From Octopus vulgaris (Eukaryota): 64,000 nt of DNA. This document shows positions 26,928 to 39,231 of this stretch, piece by piece (the stretch's first letter is position 1; the number at the start of each line of letters is the position of its first letter). The DNA is taken from the NCBI GenBank assembly GCA_951406725.2, contig OX597818.1:10168001-10232000 (forward strand). The letters are read 5' to 3'. A program made the translations under genes and the position numbers. The notes beneath the pieces are model-generated. The model had not been told where the DNA came from and did not search any database. It worked only from the letters and a program-made list of their open reading frames with translations.

Positions 26928-28920
26928 GTGTGTGTGTTTGTATGTATGTATGCATGTATGTATGCATAGCGATAGAGACAGAGAAGGTGAGGGAAAGAGG
27001 TGGGGAAGAGATAAAGAGAGAGAAATTTGATCTTGCAAGCAAAATCAATTTGAAGTTTTCAAATTATCGAAAACTTAGCTTTAAAATGAAGATTTTAATA
27101 ACTTTATTTTTCTCATTATCAACTACTTTGGAATGCAAAATTAGAAAATTAAAATATTTGGAAACAAAACACAAAAAGAAATTAAATACTGTCATTTAAA
27201 TGAGAGAAGTCAATCAAAAAGAAAAAACAAACACAGAAAAAATTTTTTAAAAAATTTTTGAGAAAAATAACATAAACATCAAATTATCTATGCTTTCTTC
27301 AACCACCCCCTCTTTAAAATTTCTCAATGGAACATCACTTTCAGTTCTTCAGTTCGTCTAGCTTCAGCCATGAAGACATTTTATTGTTTTGCTGTTTATT
27401 TTTTAAATTTTCTTGCTGTTTCTGTTTTGGTTTTGTTTTGTTTTTTACCTTTTTTTTTCACAATTTTGTTCTTTAAAAGAGAGAAAAAGAATAAAGTCAA
27501 GTCTCTCCGTTAATTGCTTTAAACTTGAAAATCTCTTCTTTCAAAAATCTGGCCACAGCTTACAGATGTCTGTGAAAGTGGATTCATTTCAAACCATGAA
27601 TCATTGAACAGCAAGCAGATTCTTCTCTCATTTAAGACAGAAATAAAATATGAGAGTACACGGTGGTGTTGCTGTTAGCATTATCATTGCCACTTCTCTT
27701 CTTCCTTCTCTTCCTCCTCCTCCTCCTCCTCCTCCTCCTTATACTACTACTGATAATACTAACACTACTACTACTGCTCCTGCTACTCCTCTTCCTGCTA
27801 CTACTACTACTACCACTGCACCTGCTGCTGCTGCCACTACTACTGCTACTACTACAACTACTGCTACTACTACTACAACTACCAGCCCCACTACAAGTGA
27901 TGGTGATGCAGATAATAATGCTTTATTTTTTCTTGTTATACGTTGTAATTCTTGGTCGTGAAATAGTTGTTTCTCTAGTTCTTGTTGTTGTTGTTTTTGT
28001 TGGCGCTTGTCTTGATATTGTTGTTCTGTAAGGATTATTAAACTATAAATTGTCAAATTGTTAATAAACAAATTGCAATTTCCAGCCTTGACTACGTCTA
28101 ACAAAGAATGCAGGCTTCTGAGGAGCGTGGACGGGGAATTTTTCTTTTTAATTTTATTAAAACAATAACAAAAAAAAATATTTTGATTTACTTGCAAATG
28201 TTTGACCCTCCCCACGCTCTTCAAGACATTTTAGACAAGAAACTTGACTTATTACTCAAATCAAGCAACAAGAGTGATGTATGACTTTTAGATTAATGGC
28301 AAAGATCTTAATTAGCAACTTCAGTTTGATGTTTCATGTCTCGCTAGCAGAAGGTTCAACCAATAGCTTTGTATTCAATTCATCCCTTCATCACTTGTGA
28401 TTTAATTAATAAGTGGCTAAAGATTATTGATGGACCTAAGCTGGCAATAGAATATTGGTAGGTGAACTGAAAGAACTATTGATGGAATATAATTTCGCTT
28501 GGATATCTTTTTACCGATTCCGATGAATGTTACTAATTTCCCATTTACATACTTTACGGTATCAGATAAAGAATGCAGAAAGTTATTTTTAATGGAAGTA
28601 GCAGTGCTTGGGCAAATGCTGGTTGTTGTTGTTAACGTCATCCCAGGTCAATTTTAATTGACCAGGCCTAATCAAAGCCTTTCTATCCATGACCATCTTG
28701 TCTTTTAATCAATAGTTCTGACAGCATAATCCAATACATCTTTCGCTTTTAAACTAATTCGGTGTTGATTACGAGAGCATTCTCTACTATTTCTAGTAGG
28801 TTTCGAGAACAGGTTTTACCCATATGAAAATCTAATTTCATTACTACAAACTAATCAAAATGCACGCACTCTGCGGTTTATATAATGTTCCTTCTGTTTC
28901 AGTAGTGAACTATATACCAG

Positions 28921-28963
<43 letters not shown>

Positions 28964-29622
28964 TATGATATCAGTTATAAACTTACATCAACTAAATTTC
29001 TATCCAAAAATCATAAGTTAGTGTCATCGATAAGGTATTAGTGTTTCTATCTTGTCTTTTGTTTTATTTCTAATCATAAAACACGTTCATATGACGTTTC
29101 TGATAGATGTTTCATTAACAACCCATGGAGAGTCAAGGATAATCATTTGGACAACGGCTAGATTAGAAATCTTATCCACAGTTATAAATCCAGCGTTTTA
29201 AGTAAATCAATTATATATGTTATACAAATATATAAAAATTCTGACTAAAGGAGTACAACTCGCTTATTCTCAGATAATATTATTGTAATATTTTGAGATG
29301 AGAAGAATTCAATTTTTTTTATTATTATTTTTTGTAGTCTTACACTTGTTAATCAGACGAAATTATTCTAAAAATTAGTGAGATTATTCACAGATTGAAA
29401 TGAAACACTACTACCACATCTATTGTACTTAACAACACTGACTCTTTGAATATTTATTCTTTCCTTGATGTTCTAATCTTCTCAGATGCACTTGCATACG
29501 TATACGCTCGCGCACACCTAGACACATACATATGTATATATGTGTATGTGTGTGTGTATGTATGCACATATATATTCATATACGACTATATACATACAAA
29601 TTCATTCACATATATATGTGTA

Positions 29623-30033
29623 CTAGCAGCTAAGCTCGGTTTTACCCAGTCAGTTTGGATGATGTGGCTATGATCGTTTTCGGTTAGGCATATGTTAATA
29701 AAAATTAAGTTCAGACCTGTACATGGTAGCTAGGCCTGGTTGAAATAGCAGCCAAATCTCCCTCAAAACACCCTGCTGCCTTAATCCGATAATTCTGCCT
29801 ATTATGTAGTTTCAATGAGAAACTGTAACTAAAGATTAAGGTTATCTATTAGAAAAGTTTTTATCGATTTTCTCGGTAAGTATGGGGTTAGAAAAAATAC
29901 AAACCGCATTCCAATCCATGTACCCGTCTCCAAATGTGTGCCACTTTTCACTTGAATCCACCCAGCCGTTTGGCTGTGAACCTCAAGACAAGAAAGAATA
30001 CAACGATCGCCCATGTCCAATTTATATTACAGA
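29623..30033 (-). mobile_element. Non-autonomous Helitron
   Basis: Minus strand begins A|TCTGTAATATAAATTG..., contains CAAACGGCTGGGTGGATTCAAGTGAAAAGTGGCAC, and ends with a decayed GC hairpin and GCTGCTAG|T. Inserted between A and T with no TSD. Confidence 0.75.
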
Positions 30034-30052
30034 TGAGCGTGAATGCCTTTGC

Positions 30053-30119
<67 letters not shown>

Positions 30120-30129
30120 CATTTAGTTA

Positions 30130-30180
<51 letters not shown>

Positions 30181-30299
30181 CGTATGCATGTATTTATATG
30201 TACATATATTGACAGCTTTAGATTTTCTACGTACAGAATGGCTTAATAGTTCCCCCATGCTTGGAGGGATGTCATACTCATTCCACTCTTGAAGAGAAA

Positions 30300-30800
30300 A
30301 AGTGTGCTAACTTTCGTGCATTTCCTAACTTTTAACCGCTGCTAAGATATTCACCAAAATTTTGTTGAATCAGCCGTAAATATACATAATACCCCATCGT
30401 TCTTCCATAGTTTCAATGTAGATGTAGAAGTAGTAAAGACACCACTTATGATACTTAGCGTTACGCAGTTACAAAAGAAGCTCCTAGAAATGATATTCTT
30501 TACCAAGTTTTGTTCATCTAACGAAAGCTTTTGACACGAGAAAATAGAAATGCGCTAATGCACCAGGGAGAATCCTAGAAAATCAGGGAAAACAAGTTTC
30601 TTGATTGTTTTTAACCCAACTGCTCACTGGTATGAGAGCCTACTTCAATTCGAATATTATTTTGTTGGAACCGATTCTATTGGACAATATTGTTATAAAG
30701 CGAGATATACTTACGTCGGTGTTGTTCGACAAATGCTGTGCAGTAGTGATTACATATGCATTTGCTAAATATAGAAGATATAGGAGACTAACATGTTGAG
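30300..30800 (+). pseudogene. Highly decayed RTE-type RT fragment
   Basis: Traces across frames: AAKIFTKILLN, FVHLTKAFDT (cf. FVDLTKAFDT), QLLTGMRA, KRDILTSVLF (cf. KQGDVLAPTLF). Confidence 0.6.
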
Positions 30801-30991
30801 TTCATATAATTGAATAATACAACTAAAGCCGATGGCACCCACATAGCGGCAGCCCAGTAGATGAAACTAGTAAAAGAAGGAAAATTTGAAAGAATAAATG
30901 AGATATTGGAAGATCAAAAACCAAGTGAAAGATATTGTGCCCAGTTCCAATTGTCATACGAACCAGCCCTCATTAGGTTCCATAAGACCAA

Positions 30992-31002
30992 CAGTAGTTG
31001 TT

Positions 31003-31045
<43 letters not shown>

Positions 31046-31139
31046 CAGCAGCAGCAGCAGCAGTAGTGGTAGTAGTGGTAGTTGTAGTAGTAGTGGTGGT
31101 GGTAGCAGTAGTAGTAGTAGTAATGGTGGTAGCAGCAGC

Positions 31140-31172
<33 letters not shown>

Positions 31173-31178
31173 AGTAGC

Positions 31179-31252
<74 letters not shown>
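30992..31252. repeat. (TAG)n/(CAG)n/(TGG)n trinucleotide microsatellite
   Basis: Read directly from the sequence. Confidence 0.97.
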
Positions 31253-31909
31253 CTGTTGTTGTTTAATACCAGATAAGCCTCTGTGGAGAGAAATGCTATA
31301 TTTAGAGACATTCTTTATATGACATTTCCTTCTTTTTCTTTACAAACATCTTTAAAAAAATAGAAGGATATGACGGTTAATTTAGTTCTAGAAATGAGCC
31401 AATGAAAATGATCGTGCAATAGCTTGACCGGCTTGAGAAATAGCGACAAAATGTTCCTCAAGTCACACTCTACCAGATGTTCTCTCATTTACCTGGAACT
31501 TTCTTTATATAGATTCTCTTACATCTGAAATGTGGGGATGCTTCGAGAAAAAGTAACCAACGTTTAATAAATATTATGCCACATAGCATAAGAAATAATC
31601 CCATTTCAGCATGTAAACTAAACACCATATGGCATATGAGATAATCTCTTTTGCTGATGTAAATAAAATAGATTGCTAAAACATGAGATGGCGAGTTAAC
31701 ATCTTAAATATTTGCCCATTTATGACATTTGATAGGTTGTTTTAAATACTAAACATTTAACTCGTATCTAATATGTTTTATCTATTTATGTTTATTTCTT
31801 AGAAATTCCTGTTTCAAGCTGAATTGTAGCACATTTTGTTTTCTATTGTAGAACCAGTGATGTAACAATGCTAATATTTACTCTGTTGATATTCAATTGC
31901 AGCAGGCCA

Positions 31910-32120
31910 TGAACTGGCAGAATAGTTAATGTGTCGATGCTTTAAATTCAGCTGAAGTCAACTTTGAAGGCGGCGCGCTGGCAGAATCGTTAGCATGCTG
32001 GGCAAAATGCTTAGTGGCATTTCGTCCGTCCTTACGTTCTGAGTTCAAATTCCGCCATTATCGACTCCACTTCGCATCCTTTCGGAGTCAATAAAATAAG
32101 CCCTTAGGTCTATGTAATCA
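31910..32120 (+). mobile_element. SINE family B (truncated head followed by a longer copy)
   Basis: GAACTGGCAGAATAGTTA at about 31911, then GGCGGCGCGCTGGCAGAATCGTTAGCATG...GTTCTGAGTTCAAATTCCGCC...CATCCTTTCGGAGTCAATAAAATAAG. Confidence 0.8.
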
Positions 32121-32424
32121 ACATACATAATTAAGGAAAAGCAACTGAAGTAGTTCAGTGGAATGAATTAAATAAATAATTTAAGCTGTGATGCACTGAA
32201 TGACATACATACGACATTTATTAAAATGTCCCATTTACCTGGACAGAAAACTTACAAGTATTTGAAATTATCAAACTTTTGTTTTCAGTCTTAAATATTT
32301 TACCAGAATTGATCCCTACCACTAAGCCTATGTTTAACTTAATCTTTTGTTAGAATCGGCTTAATACAAGTAAAATGTTTTTGATGTCCATAAAGTAATC
32401 ATTTAATAAGGGGCATTTACTGTA

Positions 32425-32687
32425 GGAGTGGAGGCGCGTGGCTTAGTGGTTAAGATGCCAGCATCATGATCGTAAGATTGTGGTTTCGATTCCTGAACCG
32501 GGCGACGCGTTGTATTCTTTAGCAAAACACTTCGTTTCACGTTGCTCCAGTCCACTCAGCAGGCAAAAAGGAGTAACGCTGCGATGGACTGACGTCTCGT
32601 CCAGCTGGAGAACACATACGCCATAGAAACCGGGAAACCGAGCCCATGAGCCTTGTTAGGCTTTAAAAGGGCGCATTTATTATTTTT
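32425..32687 (+). mobile_element. tRNA-derived SINE, family C, full length with TSD
   Basis: A box TGGCTTAGTGG, B box GGTTTCGATTCC, CORE-like TTCTTTAGCAAAACACTT, V-domain-like CTGCGATGGACTGACGTCTCGTCCAG. 10-bp TSD ATTTACTGTA at 32415-24 and 32688-97. Confidence 0.85.
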
Positions 32688-33954
32688 ATTTACTGTAAGA
32701 AGTCATAACTACAGTAAAAGCGTTATCGTACAATTAATCCTAATTTATGCACCAACCTGTGCGGAGTAGATCTCGGACAGCCTGAGATGAAGTCTGTGAT
32801 CACTCTATAATAGACGTCTCTATTGCAGAAAAGATTACTTTTGCTTTTATTCATTGCAGCAGTAACACTAAGGCTCCATTCAATAAATAAGTAAATAAAT
32901 ATTATTTACTGGGTATTTGTTCAGACTGCTCATCATGGGTATATTGTTTTGTTTTACTTCTCCACCTCCTTTCAACGAAGTGAATAATGCAAAAAAGAAA
33001 AATTGAAATAGTTTGCTTTCGTATCCAAGAAAAATCTTTGAAATGCAGAGTACATTCCAGTATAATCGTGTTGCCTGTGGAACATTGTGTTAAGATTTCA
33101 TTTGACATTAACTTAAAAATCTAGTTTCATTAAATCACTAAACCAAATCCTAAAGTTCTGCCACCTTAATCAGAAGTGTAAAACCATCCTGACCATTAGG
33201 AATGAAATTAAATCCCAAAAAAATGTTGATAGTGCACACTTCAGTGAATACTGGATATAACTCGAATCAAACAACCCCGGTGGAACACACTTCAAAGATT
33301 ACTATTATAATACCTTTCTATAGATATTAATGTAAATCTCTTTAACGAATACTGATGGAACATTGTTCAGGGAATATTGAGGGTATATATTTCAAGGAAT
33401 ACTAATATATCATTCTTTATCTTTACGGTTTTTATAATTTACATTTTGAAGTATTTTATTTCTGTTTCTCTAGAAGCTATATTTGCCAGATTTATTCGCA
33501 TAAGAGCTGGCTTCGGCTAAACTCATAATATTTTATTTGAAACAGTTTCCCAATGTTTCTATCTGAAAGGTCATAGTATACGAAATTGTACAAAACCTCA
33601 AAGATGAGGTTATCTAAGGGAAATAAATACACGAGTGTTAAACTCTCATCTAAAGCAAAACAAACAAAAAAAAGAAAACACTGAGGCAGTAAATGAATGG
33701 ATTTGAAAATGAATGTGGCTTATGCTATTGTGGCATCTGCTAAAGTAATATGTATAGGCTATTCCATTATAATAACAGAGGAATGTTAAATATGTAAAGA
33801 TGATTTTATTGAAAATAGGTGCTGCAGAACAGTTCAACCATTTAATATAAAACACGTGAAAGCGTCAATAATAACTGAGCAGATATATTGTCAAAGGTAT
33901 TTCAGCCATGACAATTCCTTATCACTTCCAGCGCGTAGCAATGTTAGAGGCGAT

Positions 33955-34295
33955 TAACAATACCAGCCAATATAGAGTAGTAAATTATCAGTAAATTATC
34001 AGTAAATTATACCAGTTTACTTGACTGGTATAACATACCACATTACATAGAGCAGTAAATTACACCAGCCTAAAAGAGCGGTAAATTCTACCAATATACA
34101 TTAAGCTGTAAATTATATAAACGTAAACAGAGCAGAATAGTATATCCTCTACATAGCGTGTTAAATTTTAACAGCCTACATAGAGCAGTAGACTACATCA
34201 GGTTACTTATAGCAGTACACTTACCAGCTTACATAGTACTACATACATAGATCAGTATATTAGATCAACCTATTAGCGAGGTGGATTATACAGCA
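33955..34295. repeat. Degenerate ~27-bp minisatellite
   Basis: Recurrent unit of about TACCAGCCTACATAGAGCAGTAAATTA, roughly a dozen diverged copies. Confidence 0.75.
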
Positions 34296-34954
34296 CATAC
34301 ATTTGATCACTACAAAAAGAAATCATTTGTGCAGGTTGTTCAACAAGAAATTGCAGGACCATTTTCCTCAGACGACGAGAGACTACCATCATTGTTTAAG
34401 ACTGTGTACAAAGTGTTGAATTATTTTTTATTTCTTACTTTTTTTTCGTACATAATGATGCAGGTATTAATAAGAAGTGTTGAAATAAATGCGTGCAAGA
34501 CTTCACAGCTCTAGCATCACTTCTTCATTGCCAAACAAAGAACTCTTCAGCCAGCTTCCGTACCAAATTTATATTAAAACGTTTGCTGTGCGGTTTTATA
34601 TGTTCATTACCTTGTTCATGTTGTTTATTGTTTCAAAAACAGCGTTCTCTTTTTTTATTTTATCTCATCCTATACATCTTCAAGGATTTTGACAAAAAAA
34701 AGACGTAGACCTCTCCTAATACCCCCATATAGTGACCATAACACAATATGACAAATTTTTATGTTATATGAATTGCGTATGAATAATTTATTCTTTGATG
34801 TTAAATGGGTATTCTGTTTCCTGGTGGATACTTGCATAGTAGGATGTTAATTACGTAGTAGGAAGTTAATTACTCTGTGGAGAGTCAATTATTCTGATGC
34901 TCAGAGACTACAAGCGGTCCTAACGGAAGCCATTGTCCTACTAGTGGCATTCAA

Positions 34955-35006
<52 letters not shown>

Positions 35007-35055
35007 GTTATCATCATCATCATCCTCATCATCATCATCATCATCATCGCTATTA

Positions 35056-35266
35056 AGGCGGCGAGCTGGCAGAATCGTTAGCGCGCTGGACGAAATGCTT
35101 AGTGGTATTTCGCCAGTCGCTACGTTCTGAGTACAAATTCCGCCGAGGTCAACTTTGTCTTTCATCATTTTGGGGTCGATAAGTTAAGTACCAGTGAAAC
35201 ACCAGGGTTTATGTAATCGACTCATTGCCTCCTCTAAAATAGCTTCCCTTGTGGGAAAATTTGAAA
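35056..35266 (+). mobile_element. SINE family B, full length
   Basis: AGGCGGCGAGCTGGCAGAATCGTTAGCGCG head through CTTGTGGGAAAATTTGAAAGC, followed by an (ATT)n tail. Confidence 0.88.
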
Positions 35267-35293
35267 GCATTATTATTATCATTCTTCTTCTTC

Positions 35294-35405
<112 letters not shown>

Positions 35406-35755
35406 TATTGATATTTTTTCTATATTTGACACACGGATCGACAATACAGTAAAGATTTATGTTTGCTTCCCAGTTCTTGTTCACTTGAAGGTGAACCACA
35501 CCAACCCCTAAGCAATTTAACCTGTCTGTCAGTCCAATGCTCGACGATGACATTGACCGCCGTCTCCTGAAGACCACCGACTTCTCTTAGTTAATTTGTG
35601 CTCCTGTTACTAAGTCATATTCCCTTAATGGTTTCTGATTTATACACAAGGCCAACAGTTTTGATGGAAAAGAGATTAGTCAAGGCCTTCGAATTCAATA
35701 TTCGACTTAACCATTATTTTATTGATTCAAGGTATGAAAGGCAAAATTTACTCTC

Positions 35756-35814
<59 letters not shown>

Positions 35815-35821
35815 TAATAAT

Positions 35822-36560
35822 AGCACAAGATCAATCTTAAGGACTAATTTACTAAAATCCAAGAAAGACAAAAACCAAGTATATTCCCAATGTAGGATAT
35901 ACATATCAAAAGACGAACGCGTTATCCATATCATATGTGAATGTAGCATGCTGGCACAGAAAAATTACAGGAAAAGACATGACAACCAAGGGATAGTAAT
36001 CTCCTGGGAGTTATGTAGAAAGCTAGGATCTGAACATACTGATAAATGGTATGAAAATGAATCTGGTAAAGTACTAGAAATTAAGAAATTCAAGATGCTG
36101 TGGGACTTTAAAATTCAGACTGACATAGTAATAAAAGCTAGAAGGTTTGATTTGGTAGTTGTAGATAAAGAGAAAAGAAAGTGTCAGATAATTGACTTTA
36201 CAGTCCCAAATGATGAAAGCATTAATATGAGAGGTATAGAAAAAATAGTAAAGTACCAGGACCTAGCTATTGAATTACAGAATCTATGGGATATGCGGGT
36301 AAAATGTATCCCAGTAGTTATAAGTGCATTGGGAACTATCCCTAAAGATCTGAACAGATGGATAGAGGAAACAGGCATAAAATCCGGCTTAGTACAGCTC
36401 CAGAAAACAGCGTTATTAGGGACAGCTAGGATACTTAGGAGGGTCCGTAGCATCTAAGGTTACTTCTTGTAACCCGATAGGAGGGTTCTTAGCATCTAAA
36501 TGTACTTGTTGTAGCCCGCTGTTAAGATTTGTTCTTTTCAAACAGTAAATCTGTTGAGTG
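35822..36560 (+). mobile_element. R4/Dong-like non-LTR retrotransposon 3' fragment (zinc knuckle plus restriction-like endonuclease)
   Basis: CR..(C)....E...HI...C knuckle, then ORF 35948-36457 with RHD, MLWDFKIQTD, RFDLVVVDK, IIDFTVP, EKIVKYQDL, PVVISALG, LQKTALLGTARILRRV. Flanked by (AAT)n. Confidence 0.88.
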
Positions 36561-36612
36561 TATATGAAAATAAAAACAACAAAAAAGCAACAACAACAAA
36601 AACAATAATAAA

Positions 36613-36695
<83 letters not shown>

Positions 36696-36730
36696 TGATG
36701 ATGATGATGATGATGATGATAATAATAATA

Positions 36731-37289
36731 AAAATGCCCTGATGCAGTACCAGGCAGTGGCTCTCATGGCTTCTGATCTTAACTGATTGGAAGTGTTATC
36801 ATGTACATTGTTTTGTCTTGGTATAAAAGATGGGCTACAGCAAATATTCTGCTCAATACCACAGATTTGCTTGTCAGTTGTTTGACCTTAACCAGTTGAG
36901 CATGTCCCTTAGTGGCTGACGATATGTGCATCTCTGATCACGAGCAGAAGTAGTGGGGGAGCATCATAGCCATGTGTTAAGAGGGATTCTTTGGGGTTTG
37001 AATAGTTCACCTCTGGAAACATGGGTGGTTCTTTCAACATCCTTAAACAACCCTTATTCAGGGACCGTTTGAGCGGGATGGGCTACTCAACCTGAAGAAA
37101 ATTCTAACTGGGCCCCACCTGCAAGGTCATGTGCTGTTTATCTTGATATGAGATCACCATGTCGCGCACATATGGTTGTGATGCATGTGCCTGGTGTACC
37201 TTTATCAGACGGGTAGTCATGATGGGTATATTGGGCTTCGTATATTTTACCCCAGTGTCACTTTGATGGCATGAACTGCTCTCTCACTC
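36731..37289 (+). mobile_element. ~560-bp non-coding interspersed element embedded in (AAT)n
   Basis: Begins AAATGCCCTGATGCAGTACCAGG, ends CTGCTCTCTCACTC then (AAT)n. A homologous copy with the same termini lies on the minus strand at 55822-58035. Confidence 0.85.
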
Positions 37290-37372
<83 letters not shown>

Positions 37373-37380
37373 TAATAATA

Positions 37381-38322
37381 AATTTATTGAGTAAAGAAAG
37401 AAAAACTTAAAGAGGAGAAGAACTCAAAAGAAGAAATTGCATGGAAGGAAAAAAACTGTAAAGGCAATTTACAGGTAATACGAACGCTAAGACAGACACA
37501 GAAGACTGGTGACTATGGATGAAGAAGAGAGACTTGAAGATAGAGACAGAAGCACTTGTATGTGCAACACAAGAAGAAGCGTTAAGGACTAACTATGTGA
37601 AGTTCAGAATTAACAGAGTGACAAATGCAGAGTGTGTGGTGATGGAGTGAAACTGTATGGCACATTGTTAGCGAATGCCCGAAACTGGCACAACGCGAAT
37701 ACAAAAGACGACGTGACAATGTGACAAGAATAATCCATTGGGAGCTCTGTGGGAATCACGGCCTACAAAGGCCACAGACGTGGTATGAAAAAACCCCAAA
37801 AGGTGTCATCGAAAATGAAAATTGCAAAATCCTATGGGATGCAATGACTAAGTGAGATCACTTGACCAGACATCGGAAACCAGATATCGGAAATCAGACA
37901 TCGGAAATCAGACATCGGAAATCAGATATTGTTGTGGTGAAAAAGTGAAGAAAGAACGTGCATGGTAATCGACATAGCATGGTCCGGTGACAACAGGATC
38001 AAAGAGAAAGGAGAAGAAAAACTGAATAACTATGATGATTTGAAGTGGGAAATATGAAGATTGTGGTCAATGAGGAGAGCAGACGTGGTGTCGATTGTAA
38101 TTGGCACACTTGGAAGTATCAGCACTCAACTCCCAACAAGTCTGAAAAAATATTGGTACAGATGTAAAGGTAGAACACCTACAAAAATCATCATTGCTTG
38201 AAACTGCAAAAACTTCTTCGCAGGGTTCTTGAAGCATGACCAGTAAACAAATGTTGCTTTAGTCTACTGGCTGTGGACAGCTGACACTTTCCATCATACC
38301 CAGCAAAATAAGCTGTTTTCAT
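37381..38322 (+). mobile_element. R4/Dong-like LINE 3' fragment, decayed
   Basis: DLKIETEALVCATQEEALRTNYVK, CRVCG..ETVWHIVSECPKLAQREYKRRRDNV, KILWD, KPDI, IDIA, PIVIGTLG-like motifs. Starts right after (AAT)n. Confidence 0.85.
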
Positions 38323-38325
38323 CAA

Positions 38326-38372
<47 letters not shown>

Positions 38373-38554
38373 ATGATGATGATGACGACGAAGACGATGA
38401 TAATGACGATGATGATGATGGTAGTGATGATGATAATAATATTCCTTTCTACCATAGGCGCAAGGTCTGAAATTTGGGGGAAGGGAAAGTCGATTACATT
38501 GAACCCAGTGGGTAACTGGCACTTATTTCCACCGACCCCGAAAAAATTAAGGGC

Positions 38555-38613
<59 letters not shown>

Positions 38614-39169
38614 TAATAATAATATACTCACCAAAACTGCAAATAGTACTGTTGCAGAAAGAATGGGACTAAAAGCCTATGAGAACATAATATTGACAGA
38701 AAGAGAAGGAAATAAACAACCTAGGTGGAAAAGAAGAATATCAGAAGATATAAGCTACCTGAACGGGGTAGTGTTAATACTTGTCCGCGGAATAGAAGAG
38801 GAGAACTGAAGAATGTTCGCAAATTTCAAAATTGAAGAAGCATAGTGTTGATACAAAAGGTTTGAATGTTGTAATTGAAGAAATAAAGCAGAGCATACTT
38901 GCCATGAAAACAAAGCTAAACAACTGATTGAGCAATACCAGTAAAACGGATTACTCTTTTGCTTTTTTACTTGTTTCAGTCATTTGACTGCGGCCATGCT
39001 GGAGCACCACCTTTAGTCGAGCAAATCGACCCCAGAACTTATTCTTTGTAAGCCTAGTACTTATTCTATCGGTGTCTTTTTGCCGAACCTCTAAGTTACG
39101 GGGACTTAAACACACCGGCATCGGTTGTCAAGTGATGTTGGGGGGACAAACACAGACACACAAACATAT

Positions 39170-39230
<61 letters not shown>

Positions 39231-39231
<1 letters not shown>

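Noticed and set aside
32431-32505. tRNA-like sequence with A and B boxes
   Set aside because: It does not form a full cloverleaf and continues into a SINE body with a TSD, so it is a SINE head and not a tRNA gene.
36731-36830. HDV-like ribozyme or snRNA-derived head at the 5' end of the 560-bp element
   Set aside because: I could not draw the nested double pseudoknot or match a known snRNA by eye; this needs a covariance-model search.
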